Positions 39,401 to 51,119 of a DNA stretch of 64,000 bases are shown piece after piece. Positions within the stretch are counted from its first letter, which is position 1, and the number at the start of each line of letters is the position of its first letter. This DNA is from Squalus acanthias. Lineage: Eukaryota. The translations under genes and the position numbers were made by a program. The stretch lies in the NCBI GenBank assembly GCA_030390025.1, contig CM059433.1, positions 7,132,001 to 7,196,000 on the forward strand, in the 5' to 3' direction. A model generated the notes under the pieces. That model ran no database searches. It was not told the origin of the DNA and saw nothing but the letters and a program-made list of their open reading frames with translations.

Positions 39401-39501
39401 TCAAGAAGGCGGCTCACCACCACCTTCTCAAGGGCAATTAGGGATGGGCAATAAATTCTGGCTTTGCCAGTGACGCCCACATCCCAGGAATGAATAAAAA
39501 A
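36420..39501 (+). mobile_element. CR1/L2-group LINE with a tRNA-Thr-like 5' head and one decayed APE-RT ORF
   Basis: Head TAGTGG..CTAGTAA..GAGTTCAAATCCC. APE motif VGDFNV. RT motifs NYPSISLLS, GVSQGSVLGP and FADD. Tail GGGCAATTAGGGATGGGCAATAAA...GAATGAATAAAAAA. Confidence 0.9.
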
Positions 39502-39509
39502 GTGATTGG

Positions 39510-40215
39510 TTCTCTACTGATTTACGAACCTGACATTTATCATGAGCTTCCTTTTTCTGTTTCATTTTAATCTCTCTATATTTAGTCTTGCAGGGAGCTC
39601 TTGCTTTGGATGTCTTTCTTTTCCCCTGTATGGAAATGTGTCCAGTCTGTGCACAAAAACCTCCTCTTTACCTGCCAATCTTTGATTCCAATCCACCTGG
39701 GCCAGATCCCTTCTTGACGCTCTGAAATTAGCCCTCCTCCAGTTTAATAATTTCACGTTTGGTTTTTCCTTGACCTTTTCCATAATACTCTATAAATCTA
39801 ATATTGTGATCACTGTTTCTCAAATGCTCCGCCACTGAAACGTGTTCCACTTGCCCCACTTCATTTCCCCAGAACTAGATCTAGCACTACTTCATTCCTC
39901 GTTGGGCTGGAAACATACCGATCAAGAAAGTTCGCTTGTGCACATTTCACAACTTCCTCCCCCTCTTTGCCCTTCACACTGTTATTTTCCCATTCTATAT
40001 TAGGATAATTGAAGTCCCCCATTATCACTAGTTCTTGCATCTTTCTGCAAATTTGGTCTATCTCCTTCCCACTATTCAGCCTATAGTATACACCCAGTCG
40101 CGTCATAGCTCCTGTATTGTTCCTTAATCTAACCAAGTAGATTCTGTCTTTGGCCCCTTGCGTACGTCATCACTTTCTAGTGCTGTAACAGTGTCGTTGA
40201 TCAATACTGCCACCA
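39510..40215 (-). mobile_element. CR1 ORF2 endonuclease fragment
   Basis: LGVYYR, IMGDFNYPNIEW, PTRNEVVLDLVL and LNWRRANF. Confidence 0.85.
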
Positions 40216-40224
40216 CTGTTCCCG

Positions 40225-41018
40225 CTAAGGTGCGCGACTGCGCACACGTTCCAAAGCTCACACGCACCTCAAATTAAATGCCGCGCAGAAAGCTGGACAG
40301 TAGCTGGAGAGCGGGAGGGACCCAATACACAATGGCCCCGGGAATCCAGACAGACTCGTTTGTGAGTCTTGCGACCTCAGAGCCGATCGCAATTGCAGCT
40401 CTTGAAGTGTGTGCTCCGATGGTTGATGGGTTGTTGTGGCACGCTGGGAGGGGTTTGGTTTTCTCCCTTGAACTTTGACCTTTCCGCTGGACAGCGGGAG
40501 AAACCCCGCGCTCTGTTTATTCGCCTTTCAGCCTTCAGCGCCGGCTCGCGGGATACCGGAGCCTCGCATGCTCGGTACCCAGCTGGGTCACGCTCTCGTC
40601 GGCTCCATACAGAGGTCAAGGGATCCATTGCTGGCTGGTTGGGGGAAAGATCGAGAATCGAAAGGGGAGAGAGAGAAAGAGAGACTGGGGGAGAGAGAAA
40701 GAGAGACTGGGGGGAGAGAGACTGGGGGAGTGAGAGAGAGGGGGATGAAGGGAGAGGGGAGAGAGAGAAATGGAGACAGAGAGAGGGGTGAGGGTCCAGA
40801 TGCGTGTAGTCCATTCCTGGGGACTGAGCGGCAGCTGCACTTTGGAACAACACTGGTGGAGGCGCAGTACATGTACAATGGCCGCTGGAAGGAGGCTAAA
40901 GCAAACAAGTTTTCGGTCCCCGGTGAAGCAAAAATGAGAATTAAAAAAAAAAAATTCAGAAAATTGTTTAAAGCTGGAAAAAATACGGGAAAGTGATGTT
41001 GAATGTCCCATGGTAAGT
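40225..41018 (+). promoter_or_regulatory. CpG-rich promoter / candidate first exon of an unidentified gene
   Basis: Non-repeat CpG cluster at 40225-40660, GA tract at 40665-40790, and a consensus donor ATG|GTAAGT at 41013. No downstream exon was recognised. Confidence 0.45.
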
Positions 41019-43184
41019 TCCAGTTAAATTTTGCCCGGTGTTGTCCCCTTTTTGAAAGAGTCTATCAGGGTTATTTAAATCATATTGTGAGAGAGGGGAA
41101 AAGGTTTGTGCCCCTGTTTGTACCTCAGAGTCTGTGAGAGACGGAGGGAACGGCAGCAGAAAAAGAGGAAACAACTTCTCCAAAACTGATCCCAACTCAG
41201 CGCCATGGCTGGGGATAGACAACCTCACCGCCTTCTTAGGAAGTTTAACCACTTTATTCACTTTCTTATTTGAGCTCCGTTTGGAAGTAGAGTTTATTTT
41301 ATTATTTTTGTTGTATGTTTAACAACAGTGTTGAAGAGGGAAAGAGAAACTTGGAGCAACTTCTGTCAAAGCTGCAACGAGACTTGAAAGAATTTAAAGA
41401 TTTTTAATGAACTTTTCTTAAAAAATTAGTGTTAAAAACACTTTTTTCCCCTGAATTTCGAATATGATTTTGGAAGAAACAGAAACAAAAAACAATTTCC
41501 CCCTCATCTAAACAAGTTTCAACCAGGTCTTGAAGTCCAAACGCTTTTAAAGAGGTTCTGAAATGCTTAAAACATTTTAAAATTGAAATTTCTCAATATT
41601 GATTTTGAACGATCGGGTGAAGTGAGTAGCTTTACACAAACATGCAACCATGCTGTTGAGGAGGGGGAGGGCGGGGAGGATTTGTAGGAGTTACATATTT
41701 TATTGACTTTAAAAAATATATCATTAAGACGTTTAGGAAGAGAACCAAAAAAGGGGAAAATCACAAACCATTTTATTTTGTCTGTCGTTCTATAGTCCTA
41801 ACAAGTCCCAGGAATAATGTAAATCTAGATTTCCTCTTAAACGTTTAGTGGAATGTTAATAGAAACACAAGTTATGTAATGATGTATAAAAATTGCAAGA
41901 AGCTACTTTAGAAGAAACTATTATTTATTGCGAAAGATACAGAAAATACTTCGATTAAACTGATAATGTACAATTTTGATTTGGTCTAAATGTTTGAAAT
42001 AGGAGATTAAAAATTGAGAGTAGAATGAAGTTTGTAAATGCGCACAACCCCCCTCAGGAAAGGAGGAATAGCTAAAACCATGCATGGCACCTGCCCCAGC
42101 CTCTTTTGCAGGGGGGGGGGGATTTTTTTTTTGCGCAACTGGGAACAGGTGGCAGAACAGGCTCGAAGGGCTGAATGGCCTACTCCTGTTCCTATATTTG
42201 GAAGTAAATTGTCCCTTTCTGTGCAGAGATGTTACGTATGGGGTTTGTGAGTGATCTCAACTTCTCCAATTCTAGGCAGAGGCTATACACCTGCTCTGGC
42301 ATGTCTCAGATGCTTAGTCCACGTGCTTTGGAAATGGTAGGGCTCACCATCGTTGGAGAGAAGGTATGCAACTTCGAATAGTGTGACGTGCTAGTCTGTA
42401 CATTTTAATTTTCATTGCAGCCTTGGGGGCAAGTTCAGACAAGGGAGTAAGTCTGAGAGGATTGCAGTGTTGGTCACTATCTTCATGCTATCTGGGACTG
42501 CTGCCCAGAATAACTTGATCAGGGTACACCAGAAGGTGTGTAGGTGCTAGTCTTGGATCCTTGTCAGCATTTAACAGACAAGGAACAATGGAATAGCTCG
42601 ATGTTGTGCTTTCAGAGTTGGTCTTCATTTTATTGCAAGTGATTTGAGAGTTTGCCAAACCTTCATTCTGCTTATTATTCTTAGGCTTCCTACATGCTCT
42701 CAGTGGAGTTTGTTGGTGTGGAAGTGAGTGTGGTATATAGGGCAGAAGATAAATGTTTCATTGGAGTGAGTGCAGTATCCAGGGCAGTTTTTGTGTATTT
42801 GGTGGATCTATAACTGTCGGGTTTGCCCTCAGTTGGAAAAGCAGTGCTGTCTCTTAAGAGAATTTTGTCTTTCAACAGATCCTGCTGGATGGAGTGGAAT
42901 GTCTTTTAATTGGTCTACAAGTTCTTTCCCTTGTGTAGAAACTAGTCCTGCTGCACTTCTCTAAATCCACTTTTAGCAAGTGCACCTGGTAGTTTCTTGT
43001 TGCACCAGACCGAGGAGAGGGCTGACAGATCTAGTGGTATATTCAATAGCGCATATGGCTTCAGAACCATAGGAAAGTATCGAATTGCGCGAATGTTTTT
43101 TTTTCCTGCTCTTTTGCAAGGGTGTGTGGTGGTCAGGTTAGACAAGGGGATAACTTGGAGCCTGCATACCCAGCCATAGGCTCT

Positions 43185-43606
43185 ACTCATTGGAATTCAG
43201 AAGAATGAGAGGCGATCTTATCGAAACATATAGATTGTGAGGGGGCTTGATCGGGTGGAGGCGGGGAGGATGTTTCCACTGATGGGTGAGACTAGAACTA
43301 GGGGGCATAATCTTAGAATAAGGGGCTGCCGTTTCAAAACTGAGATGAGGAGAAACTTCTTCACTCAGAGGGTAGTAAATCTATGGAATTTGCTACCTCA
43401 GAGAGCTGTGGAAGCTGCGACATTAAATAAATTTAAAACGGAGATAGACAGTTTCCTAGCTGATAAGGGAATTAAGGGTTATGGGGAGCGGGCAGGGAAG
43501 TGGACGTGAGTCTAGGTTCGGATCAGCCATGATCCTATTGAATGGCGGAGCAGGCCCGAGGGGCCATATGGCCGACTCCTGCTCCTACTTCTTATGTTCT
43601 TATGTT
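43185..43606 (+). mobile_element. young CR1 3' fragment
   Basis: RTRGHNLRIRG..RRNFFTQRVVNLWN and tail CTTATGTTCTTATGTTC. Confidence 0.9.
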
Positions 43607-43953
43607 CAAAGGCAATGTTTCTTTAGCACCTTGGCTTGGCTTGAGATGGCAACTAGCATCATTGATGGGAGTCTGGGCACAGGATTCTCAGCTCAGTCTA
43701 ATATTATGACTTGCATTTTCCAACCAGGACTAGATACCACATTCTGAGTCTAATGGGTTTGGTTGCAGCCGCCCTCAATTAGAGCTGGAACAGCAGAGGT
43801 TCTCCTTTTGGCCCTAAGTGTAGACATTGAAGCCCAAAACTTCTCTGTAGTCCAACTGTGGCTGTAAGGTTTTATATAGATTCACTCTTAAATCTCAATT
43901 CTATATTCTATACCTCATACCATAAACCCAAGAAAGAACTAGATTTTTTTGGT

Positions 43954-44097
43954 AATAGCAAAATACTGCGGATGCTGGAAATCTGAAATAACAATAGAAA
44001 ATGCTGGAAACACTCAGCAGGCCAGGTAGCATCGAGGAGAAAGAGAAACAGAGTCAACATTTCAGGTCGATGACCTTTCGTCAGAACCCTTCGTCAG
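43954..44097 (-). mobile_element. Penelope-like terminal repeat fragment
   Basis: rc of the repeat end at 44660-44757 and 51387-51495. Degenerate flanking duplication AGATTTTTTTGGT / AGATCTTTTTTATGGT. Confidence 0.8.
44052..44088 (-). ncRNA. minimal type-I hammerhead ribozyme-like motif
   Basis: rc reads GGUU CUGACGA A AGGUC AUC GACCU GAAA U GUU GACU. Confidence 0.6.
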
Positions 44098-44163
44098 ATC
44101 TTTTTTATGGTCTTGTCTATTTTGAGGTATTGCTTTTAACGTCTTGTGAACCTGAACTTCCAA

Positions 44164-44757
44164 TTGGGTGACCGCTTTGCGGAACAACCTCCGTTCAGTC
44201 CGTAAGCGTGACCTTGAGTTTCCGGTCGCCTGTCACTTTAATTCTCCGCTCCATTCCCACTCTGATCTCTCCGTCCTCGGCCTCGTACACTGTTCCAACG
44301 GAGCTCAACGCAAGCTCGAGGAACAGCACCTCATCTTTCTATTAGGCACTTTACAGACTTCTGGACTTAACATCGAGTTCAACAATTTCAGACTATAAAT
44401 TGGCCCCTGTATTTCTTTATTTTTTTTTCTCTTGTTTCCTCACATGGTAGCTGTTAATGTTGCTGCCATCATCATTCACACATCATCTCGAGCCATCTTT
44501 TGTTTCTTAACTTGTCCCATTACCTCTCCTTTTGTCTCGCACCATCATCCCTTTTGTCAGTCAACCTCTCCTGCCTTCCAGCCTATCACAGACCTTCCCT
44601 TTGTTCTTTCCTCCCCTCCTCCCTGCCCCTGCTTAAAAATCTCTCCTCCCTAACCTTTTCCAGCTCTGACGAAGGGTTCGACCCGAAACGTTGACTCTGT
44701 TTCTCTCTCCTCGATGCTGCCTGACCTGCTGAGTCTTTCCAGCACTTTCTGTTGTTA
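44164..44757 (+). mobile_element. Penelope-like element 3' end (GIY-YIG endonuclease C-terminus plus terminal repeat)
   Basis: LGDRFAE / LRSVR..PVACHFNS..HS..RKLEEQHLIF.LGTLQ.SGLNIEF. Confidence 0.88.
44662..44696 (+). ncRNA. minimal type-I hammerhead ribozyme-like motif
   Basis: AGCU CUGACGA A GGGU UCG ACCC GAAA C GUU GACU. Confidence 0.65.
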
Positions 44758-44834
44758 TTCCAAATGCATCTCCTTCCGCATCAACCAGCTTTCCCCCAGT
44801 ATAATTACTTTTTCCCTTTTTAAAATGTACTACC

Positions 44835-45315
44835 TCACATTTAGTTTACTCTCATGTTCTATTTTCCCTTTCTTTATCAATTTCTTGATCCTCCTTTGCT
44901 GAATTCTAAAATCCTCCCAATCCTCAGGGTTACTACTCTTTTTGGCAACATTATAAGCCTCTTCCTTTGATCTAATACTATCTGTAACTTCTCTTGTTAG
45001 CCATGGTTGGACCACTTTTCCTGTGGGGTTTTTGTGCCTTAAAGGAATGTATATTTGTTGTAAATTATGTATTAATTCTTAAATGCTAGCCATTGCTTAT
45101 CTACCATCATACCTTTTAATGTAGTTTCCCAATCTACCTTAGCCAACTCTCCCCTCATACCTATGTAGTTTGCTTTGTTTAGATTTAAGTCCCTAGTTTT
45201 GGATTTAACTAAATCACTTTCAAATTCAATATAAAATTCTATCATATTATGGTCACTCTTCCCTAAAGGGCCCTTTATCAGAAGATTATTAATTAACCCT
45301 TTCTCGTTGCACAAT
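44835..45315 (-). mobile_element. CR1 ORF2 internal fragment
   Basis: GPLGKSDHNMIEF and QPWLTREVTDSIRSK. Confidence 0.88.
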
Positions 45316-45737
45316 CCAGTTTGCTACTCCTCCCCTAATTCCATACCCCTTCATCTTCTAAACTAGTCTCTGGTGCAATAGCTTGTCAAGGCTTTCAGAA
45401 AGTCTTATGTGCACCATATCCACTGAATTTACTCCATCCATCATATCTGTCACCTTAAAGAACTCTCACCAGGTTTGTCGAGCACAATTTTCTATTCTCT
45501 GTTGGCTGCTTCTAATCATTTTTGCCATCTAGATATTTAGTAATTTCAACTTTCATTCAAAATTCCAAAATTTTCCTGAACACAGCTGTCAAACTAACTG
45601 TCTCCTTTTAAAAAAAAAATAGGTGTTACATTGGCCAGCCTGCTGGCACACATCCACTCATTGGCTGTGAAGCACTTTTGGATGTTCTGAGGTTGTGAAA
45701 GATGCTATATAAATAACTCAGTCTCTTCTCTCAGGGG

Positions 45738-47026
45738 TCCTTATCAAAGCAACAAATGACATCCTTTGTGACTGACAGAGGTAAACTATCCTTCCTCATC
45801 CTTCTCGACCTGTCTGCAGCCTTTGACACGGTTGACCACACCATCCTCCTCTAACGCCTCTCCACCGTCGTCCAGCTGGGTGGGACTGCACTCGCCTGGT
45901 TCCATTCTTATTTATCTAATCATAGCAAACGAATCACCTGCAATGGCTTCTCTTCCTGCTCCTGAACTGTTACCCCTGGTGTCCCCCAAGGATCAATTCT
46001 TGGCCCCCTCCTATTTCTCATCTAAATGCTGCCCCCGGCGACATCATCCGAAAACAGCGTCAGTTCCCACATGTACGCTGACGACACCCAGCTCTACCTC
46101 ACCACAACCTCTCTCGACCCTCTCCACTATATCTAATTTGTTAGACTGCTTGTCTGACGTCCAGTACTGGATGAGCAGAAATTCCCTCCAACTATATATT
46201 GGGAAGACCGAAGTAATTGTCTTTGGTCCCCGCCACAAACTCAGTTCCCTAGCCACCGACTCCATCCCTCTCCCTGGCAACTATCTAAGGTTGAACCAGA
46301 CTGTTCGCAACCTTGGTGTCGTATTTGACCCCGAAATGAGCTTCCGACCACATATTCGCGCCATCACTAAGACCGCCTATTTCCACCTCCGTAACATCGC
46401 CCGACTCCGCCCCTGCCTCAGCTCATCCGCTGAAACCCTCATCCATGCCTTTGTTACCTCTAGACTCGACTATTCCAACGCACTCCTGGCTGGCCTCCCA
46501 CATTCCACCCTCTGTAAACTTGAAGTCATCCAAAACTTGGCTGCCCTGTGTCCTAACTCACACCAAGTCCTGTTCGCCCATCTCCCCTGTGCTCGCTGCC
46601 CTACATTGGCTCCCGGTTAAGCAGCGCCTCGATTTAAAAATTCTCATCCTTGTTTTCAAATCCCTCCATGGCCTCGCCTCTCCCTATCTGTAATCTCCTC
46701 CAGCCCCACAACCCTCCGAGATGTCTGCGCTCCTCTAATTCTGGTCTCTTAAGCATCCCCGATTTTAATCGCTCCACCATTGGTGGCCGTACCTTCAGCT
46801 GCCAAGGCCCTAACCTCTGGAATTCCCTCTTGAACCTCCTCACCTCTCTACCTCTCCTCTTTTAAGACGTTCCTTAAAACTTACCTCTCTGACCAAGCTT
46901 TTGGTCATCTGTCCTAATACCTTCTTACGTGGCTCGGTGTCACATTTTGTTTTATAACGCTCCTCTGAAGCGCCTTGGGACATTTTACAATGTTGAAGGT
47001 GCTATATAAATTCAAGTTGTTGTTGT
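45738..47026 (+). mobile_element. L2 LINE, RT to 3' end, frameshifted
   Basis: LLDLSAAFDTVDH, GVPQGSILGP, HMYADDTQLY, HAFVTSRLDYSN and LHWLPV. Tail GCTATATAAATTCAAGTTGTTGTTGT. Confidence 0.93.
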
Positions 47027-47905
47027 CCCACGCTATATTTAACAATTCTCTTTTTACTGATTTATTTATATATTTCACTTTGTAATATTTTGAGATTCTC
47101 TTCTCATACTCCCTGTTTGCTTTCCTTATTCTTAACCTTACCTTATTTCTCTTTTTTGTCGTGCTTATAGCCTGCAAATACCCTCTTCAATTTTAATTGA
47201 TTTCTGACCTCTTTATTTAGCCAGAGCATTCTGAAGCTTGAAGTATTCTCTCCTTTTTTTAACAGCGTGTATCTATTCTGCAACTTTGTAATCTTTCCAA
47301 GAATATCCTCTTGTTCGCCAGTCCTTTTATGCCAATTTCTCTTTCCACCTCACTTTCTACAATCTGCCCTATTCCAGTGAGGTGTCCTTATTTTTCTACT
47401 AACCATGCCCCTATTGCTGCTGCATCTCTAACTGAATTGTTACTTCACGCTCACACGTAGATTTTTTTTTGGTGCCACTCAGTTCCCAACTTAGTCCTTT
47501 ACCCTTCCCATGCCATGGTGTGCTGTAACCTCAAAACACATTCGGGGTGTTATGTTCTGACTAAAACTAATTTAATTCTCAAATACAATTATCAAGCAGC
47601 CGAAAGGCATAAGACACTTGATAGTACAAAAACTCAACTGCTTTTAACAGTCCATGATGTGTTAAAATAACTTCAGAACATTTTCTTGATCTACGTGACT
47701 TTTGAAGGAAATAATGCTACATTCCTGCTTACCACAGAGTTAATTATCAACTTCAGAAACGGAAATGGAGCTGAAATCTGAACTGAAGTAAGTAGCTCCA
47801 GCATACCTTTATGCCAAAAGAAGCCTTTCGTAGCACAGGTGTTCATAGTGCTACAGTAACTATCTTCTCCAGATATCCTGCTAGGCTACCTATTGCAGAT
47901 AATTC

Positions 47906-50340
47906 GGCCGCGAATTTCACCTACCTGGGCGGCTTCAAGGCGGGAGAGGTCGGGGGGTGGCGGGGGGGGGCGACTCCACTGCTGCGTGGATCCCGTTGAT
48001 AAATCGAATCTTGCCCTAATGGGCCTTGTTAGGCCCTCCCTGCGCGTTTCCCGGCCCTATTAAAGGGTGCAGGTCTGGTGACGTCACCGGATGACGCGAC
48101 TTTTGCCGGTTTATTTATAGGGGCCATGGCTCCGGTTACTGTCAGTTGCAAATTGATAGCATTCAGTGCTGTCAGTGTTTGAGTCTCTGCAATATGAGCT
48201 TGCAGCGCCAACGAGCAGCACCTCGCTTCACAGATGAGTCCCTCCACCATCTTGTGGAGGGAGTGAGAGCATGTAGGGAGCTTCTCTTCCCTGCGGACAG
48301 CAGGAAGAGGCCTCCCCAGCAGACACAGGCAGCGTGGCTGCAGATATCGCAGGAGGTTACGGGGCTGTCAGTGGTGGTTCGCACCTGGGTGCAGTGCCGC
48401 AAAAGGTTCAATGATCTAGTAAGATCAGGAAAAGTGAGTATTAAGCCACAATTACCTTGATGCTGCTGTGCGTCTCATCACATTCGCACCACTCTACATT
48501 GCCACCCCTACTGCACAACGCTACACAGCCCAACATCCCTTGTACCTTCATCCATCCCTCTAACTCTATCTACATTATCAGGTCACCATCTTACTATGCA
48601 GCCCTCACACTGAGCCTCATCGTTATGCAATGACAGCAACTAACAACACAAAAGGAGGCAACTTGGTATTGCCAACCCACTCCATCAAATTGTCAATGTA
48701 AAGCTCTATGCCATTCCATTCCTTACACTCATACCATCGCTCTCACTGAACCTTCTCTTCTTTACCTCCTTGCAGGAAAAGATAGCCCACAATAAGAGGG
48801 AGAGGGAGAGAACGGGAGGAGGGCCTTCACACACCATGTCATATCTGACGAGTGCAGAGGAGGCAGCACTGGCGATTGCTGGAGTGGTGGACGTTCCGGA
48901 AGTGGAGGAACGAGAGAGGGGCTCAGTAGAAGAAGCTGGTGACAGAATGAATTTCCATACAATTGCATGCCTTTCATCATTGCCTCATATGGGGTGTGAT
49001 GTCAAGACAAGATGAATGCTGATCATGTGGATAATGGTATGTGTCTGCAGTAGACATCCTGTATATCTAACTGATGTCTTCACTCCCCCACAGGTCCATC
49101 AAGAGCACCACCCCCCCCCCATGTCCAGGAGCAATAGCAAGAAGACTCCTCAGAGGAGCCTCTTGCCTCTGAGGGCGCAGCGCCACCTCAGACAACGCAA
49201 CCCAGCACCAGCACAGAGTCGCACTCCTCGGTGGGTATGTCGCGAGATAGAGTAGTGTTGTCACCTGATGTCTCACAGATCACAACTGAGCAGCAGCAGA
49301 TGGTGGAGACATTGACAGCAGTGGAGAGTCCTCGCCGGATGGCGCAGGAGTCTCCTAGCTCTGCTCAGCTGCATGCAGATGCTGAGCCTCGGGGGCCATC
49401 CAGGAAGAGGGCGATCCTGGAGCTGCAGGAACAAGTGCAGGAGGCTCTGACTGGTTCCGCGACCGCGGTGACTGTGAGTGTGCAGAGAATGGAGGAGTCC
49501 ATCTCCAGCATGAGCAACACCGTGGCACACTCACTGCAACTATAGCTTCCTCCATGGATAAGATGGCCACCTGCATGGAGGAGACATGGCGCCAGTCACA
49601 TGAGAACATGGTTTCTCTTCAAAATAGATGCTCATCTATGGAGGAGAGATGGCTGTGCAGCATCAGGTGGTTGAGGAGAAGGTTGGCGCTCTTGTTGTTG
49701 CTGCTGCTGCTGGTGTGGCTGGTTCTGCTGCTGCGGCTGATCGTCATCAGATTCGGAGGACCAAGGTGACAGAGCATAAATCGTGCCCATTCTGATGATT
49801 CATATGGCAGGTGAAGTTCAGATGACAGAACCAATCTGTCAAGGGTTAGATATGATGTTGCCAGGAGGTGACAGTGAATAGAGAGTTTACTGCAAACACT
49901 TCCCAAATGCATAAAGCTTAAAAGTCTGTTCCAAATACTCAAGCCTGAAGCTTCTGAGAGTGGAAAGTGACCAGCTGTAAAATGGCAGGTTTTAAACCAC
50001 TTTTGCAGCTGTCAGCTATTGAAAGAAATGGAGAGTTGTTCAGAACCCGACATACTGACCTGGCGCGATCCTCGAGCAACGGGAACCTCGTGGAAAACTT
50101 GGGGAAATACTTTGTGCCTGCTAAAATGGTGAGTAAATTGGTTTAAACACCCTCTCAACGAGCACAATTGAATGACCCGTCGCTTGATGCCGTGTCTGCA
50201 AAGCGCAGGCAGAACCGGCACTAGGGAAACTCACACGGAGGCGGGTTCAGAGCGGGATACCGCCCCGCTGTCGATCATTTGGATTTTCACAGCGGACCCG
50301 CCGCCGAACCCGCCCTCTGAGCGCCGGCAAAATTCAGCCC
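47906..50340. mobile_element. internally deleted PIF/Harbinger transposon carrying a Myb/SANT gene
   Basis: Right TIR rc GGGCTGAATTTT followed by TTA. Degenerate left TIR GGCCGCGAATTT..GGGCGGCTTC. Internal Myb-like gene. No DDE core was found. Confidence 0.75.
48194..49655 (+). pseudogene. spliced Myb/SANT-like (trihelix, NAIF1/MSANTD-related) Harbinger DNA-binding protein; exons 48194-48433, 48776-48938 and 49094-about 49655
   Basis: RAAPRFTDESLHHLVEGV..LF..AWLQISQEV..RTWVQCRKRFNDL | EKIAHNKRERERTGGGP. GT-AG introns in compatible phases. In-frame TAG at 49135 and a frameshift near 49545. Confidence 0.82.
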
Positions 50341-50343
50341 TTA

Positions 50344-50804
50344 GGGCTGGATTTTGTCTTGGGGTCGGGTTGGGGTCGTGTTACCCGGATTTCGTGTTGT
50401 CCCCCCGACTCCAGATTAATGTGGATGAATGATGCAATTTTCACTTAATTGGGCAATTGAGTTCCAGCATGTGGGAACCCATTAGTGGTTTCAGTGGGAA
50501 AGTCACCTCTGATGATGTCATCATTGCAGGCTGCCTGGTCTCAGAGATTGCCTGGCTTTTGCTGTGAGTGGCCCTGGATGCAAAATATATGAGAGAGAGA
50601 GAGAGAGAGAGAGCCTCTCACAGCAAGGCCAGGCAGTCTCTGAAGACAAATGCATCACAATACTACTACTACCTTCATCACATCTTTGTCAAAATTGCGT
50701 GGAGGCGGGATGGAGTCGTGATGGGGTCGGGACCCCCGACCCCGCAACTTTAACCCCCCACACGCCTCCAAACCCGACTCCACAGGTCATTGAAAATCCA
50801 GCCC
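50344..50804. mobile_element. Harbinger MITE
   Basis: TIR GGGCTGGATTTT / AAAATCCAGCCC with TSD TTA. Confidence 0.9.
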
Positions 50805-51119
50805 TTAGTGTCTATTTCCCCCAGTCTGCTAACTTGCATCCATTAACATTTCAAAGAATCAAATTAGTTTCTGAACAACCAGTGTTACCAATAAAGCAAG
50901 CTGGTGAATCTGGATGAACCACAGTGTTGTGTTAGTATATCTTGTCTCCCTCCCCCTACCCCCATCCAATACATCACCTTTTCCAGCAACAGATAATATA
51001 AAACCAATTATAAATTAACATTTACTCGAAAGTAATCTATACATTTTATGTACTCTAGTTAATCACCTGTGGCATTATGCACAAATCAAGACCGAGTATT
51101 CAGGTCAAGCAGGGTTAGA

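Noticed and set aside
40369..41011. several 100-170 aa ORFs on both strands
   Set aside because: They are produced by the GA microsatellite and high GC, and resemble no known protein.
42240..43180. possible old LINE remnant on the minus strand
   Set aside because: No diagnostic motif could be read with confidence.
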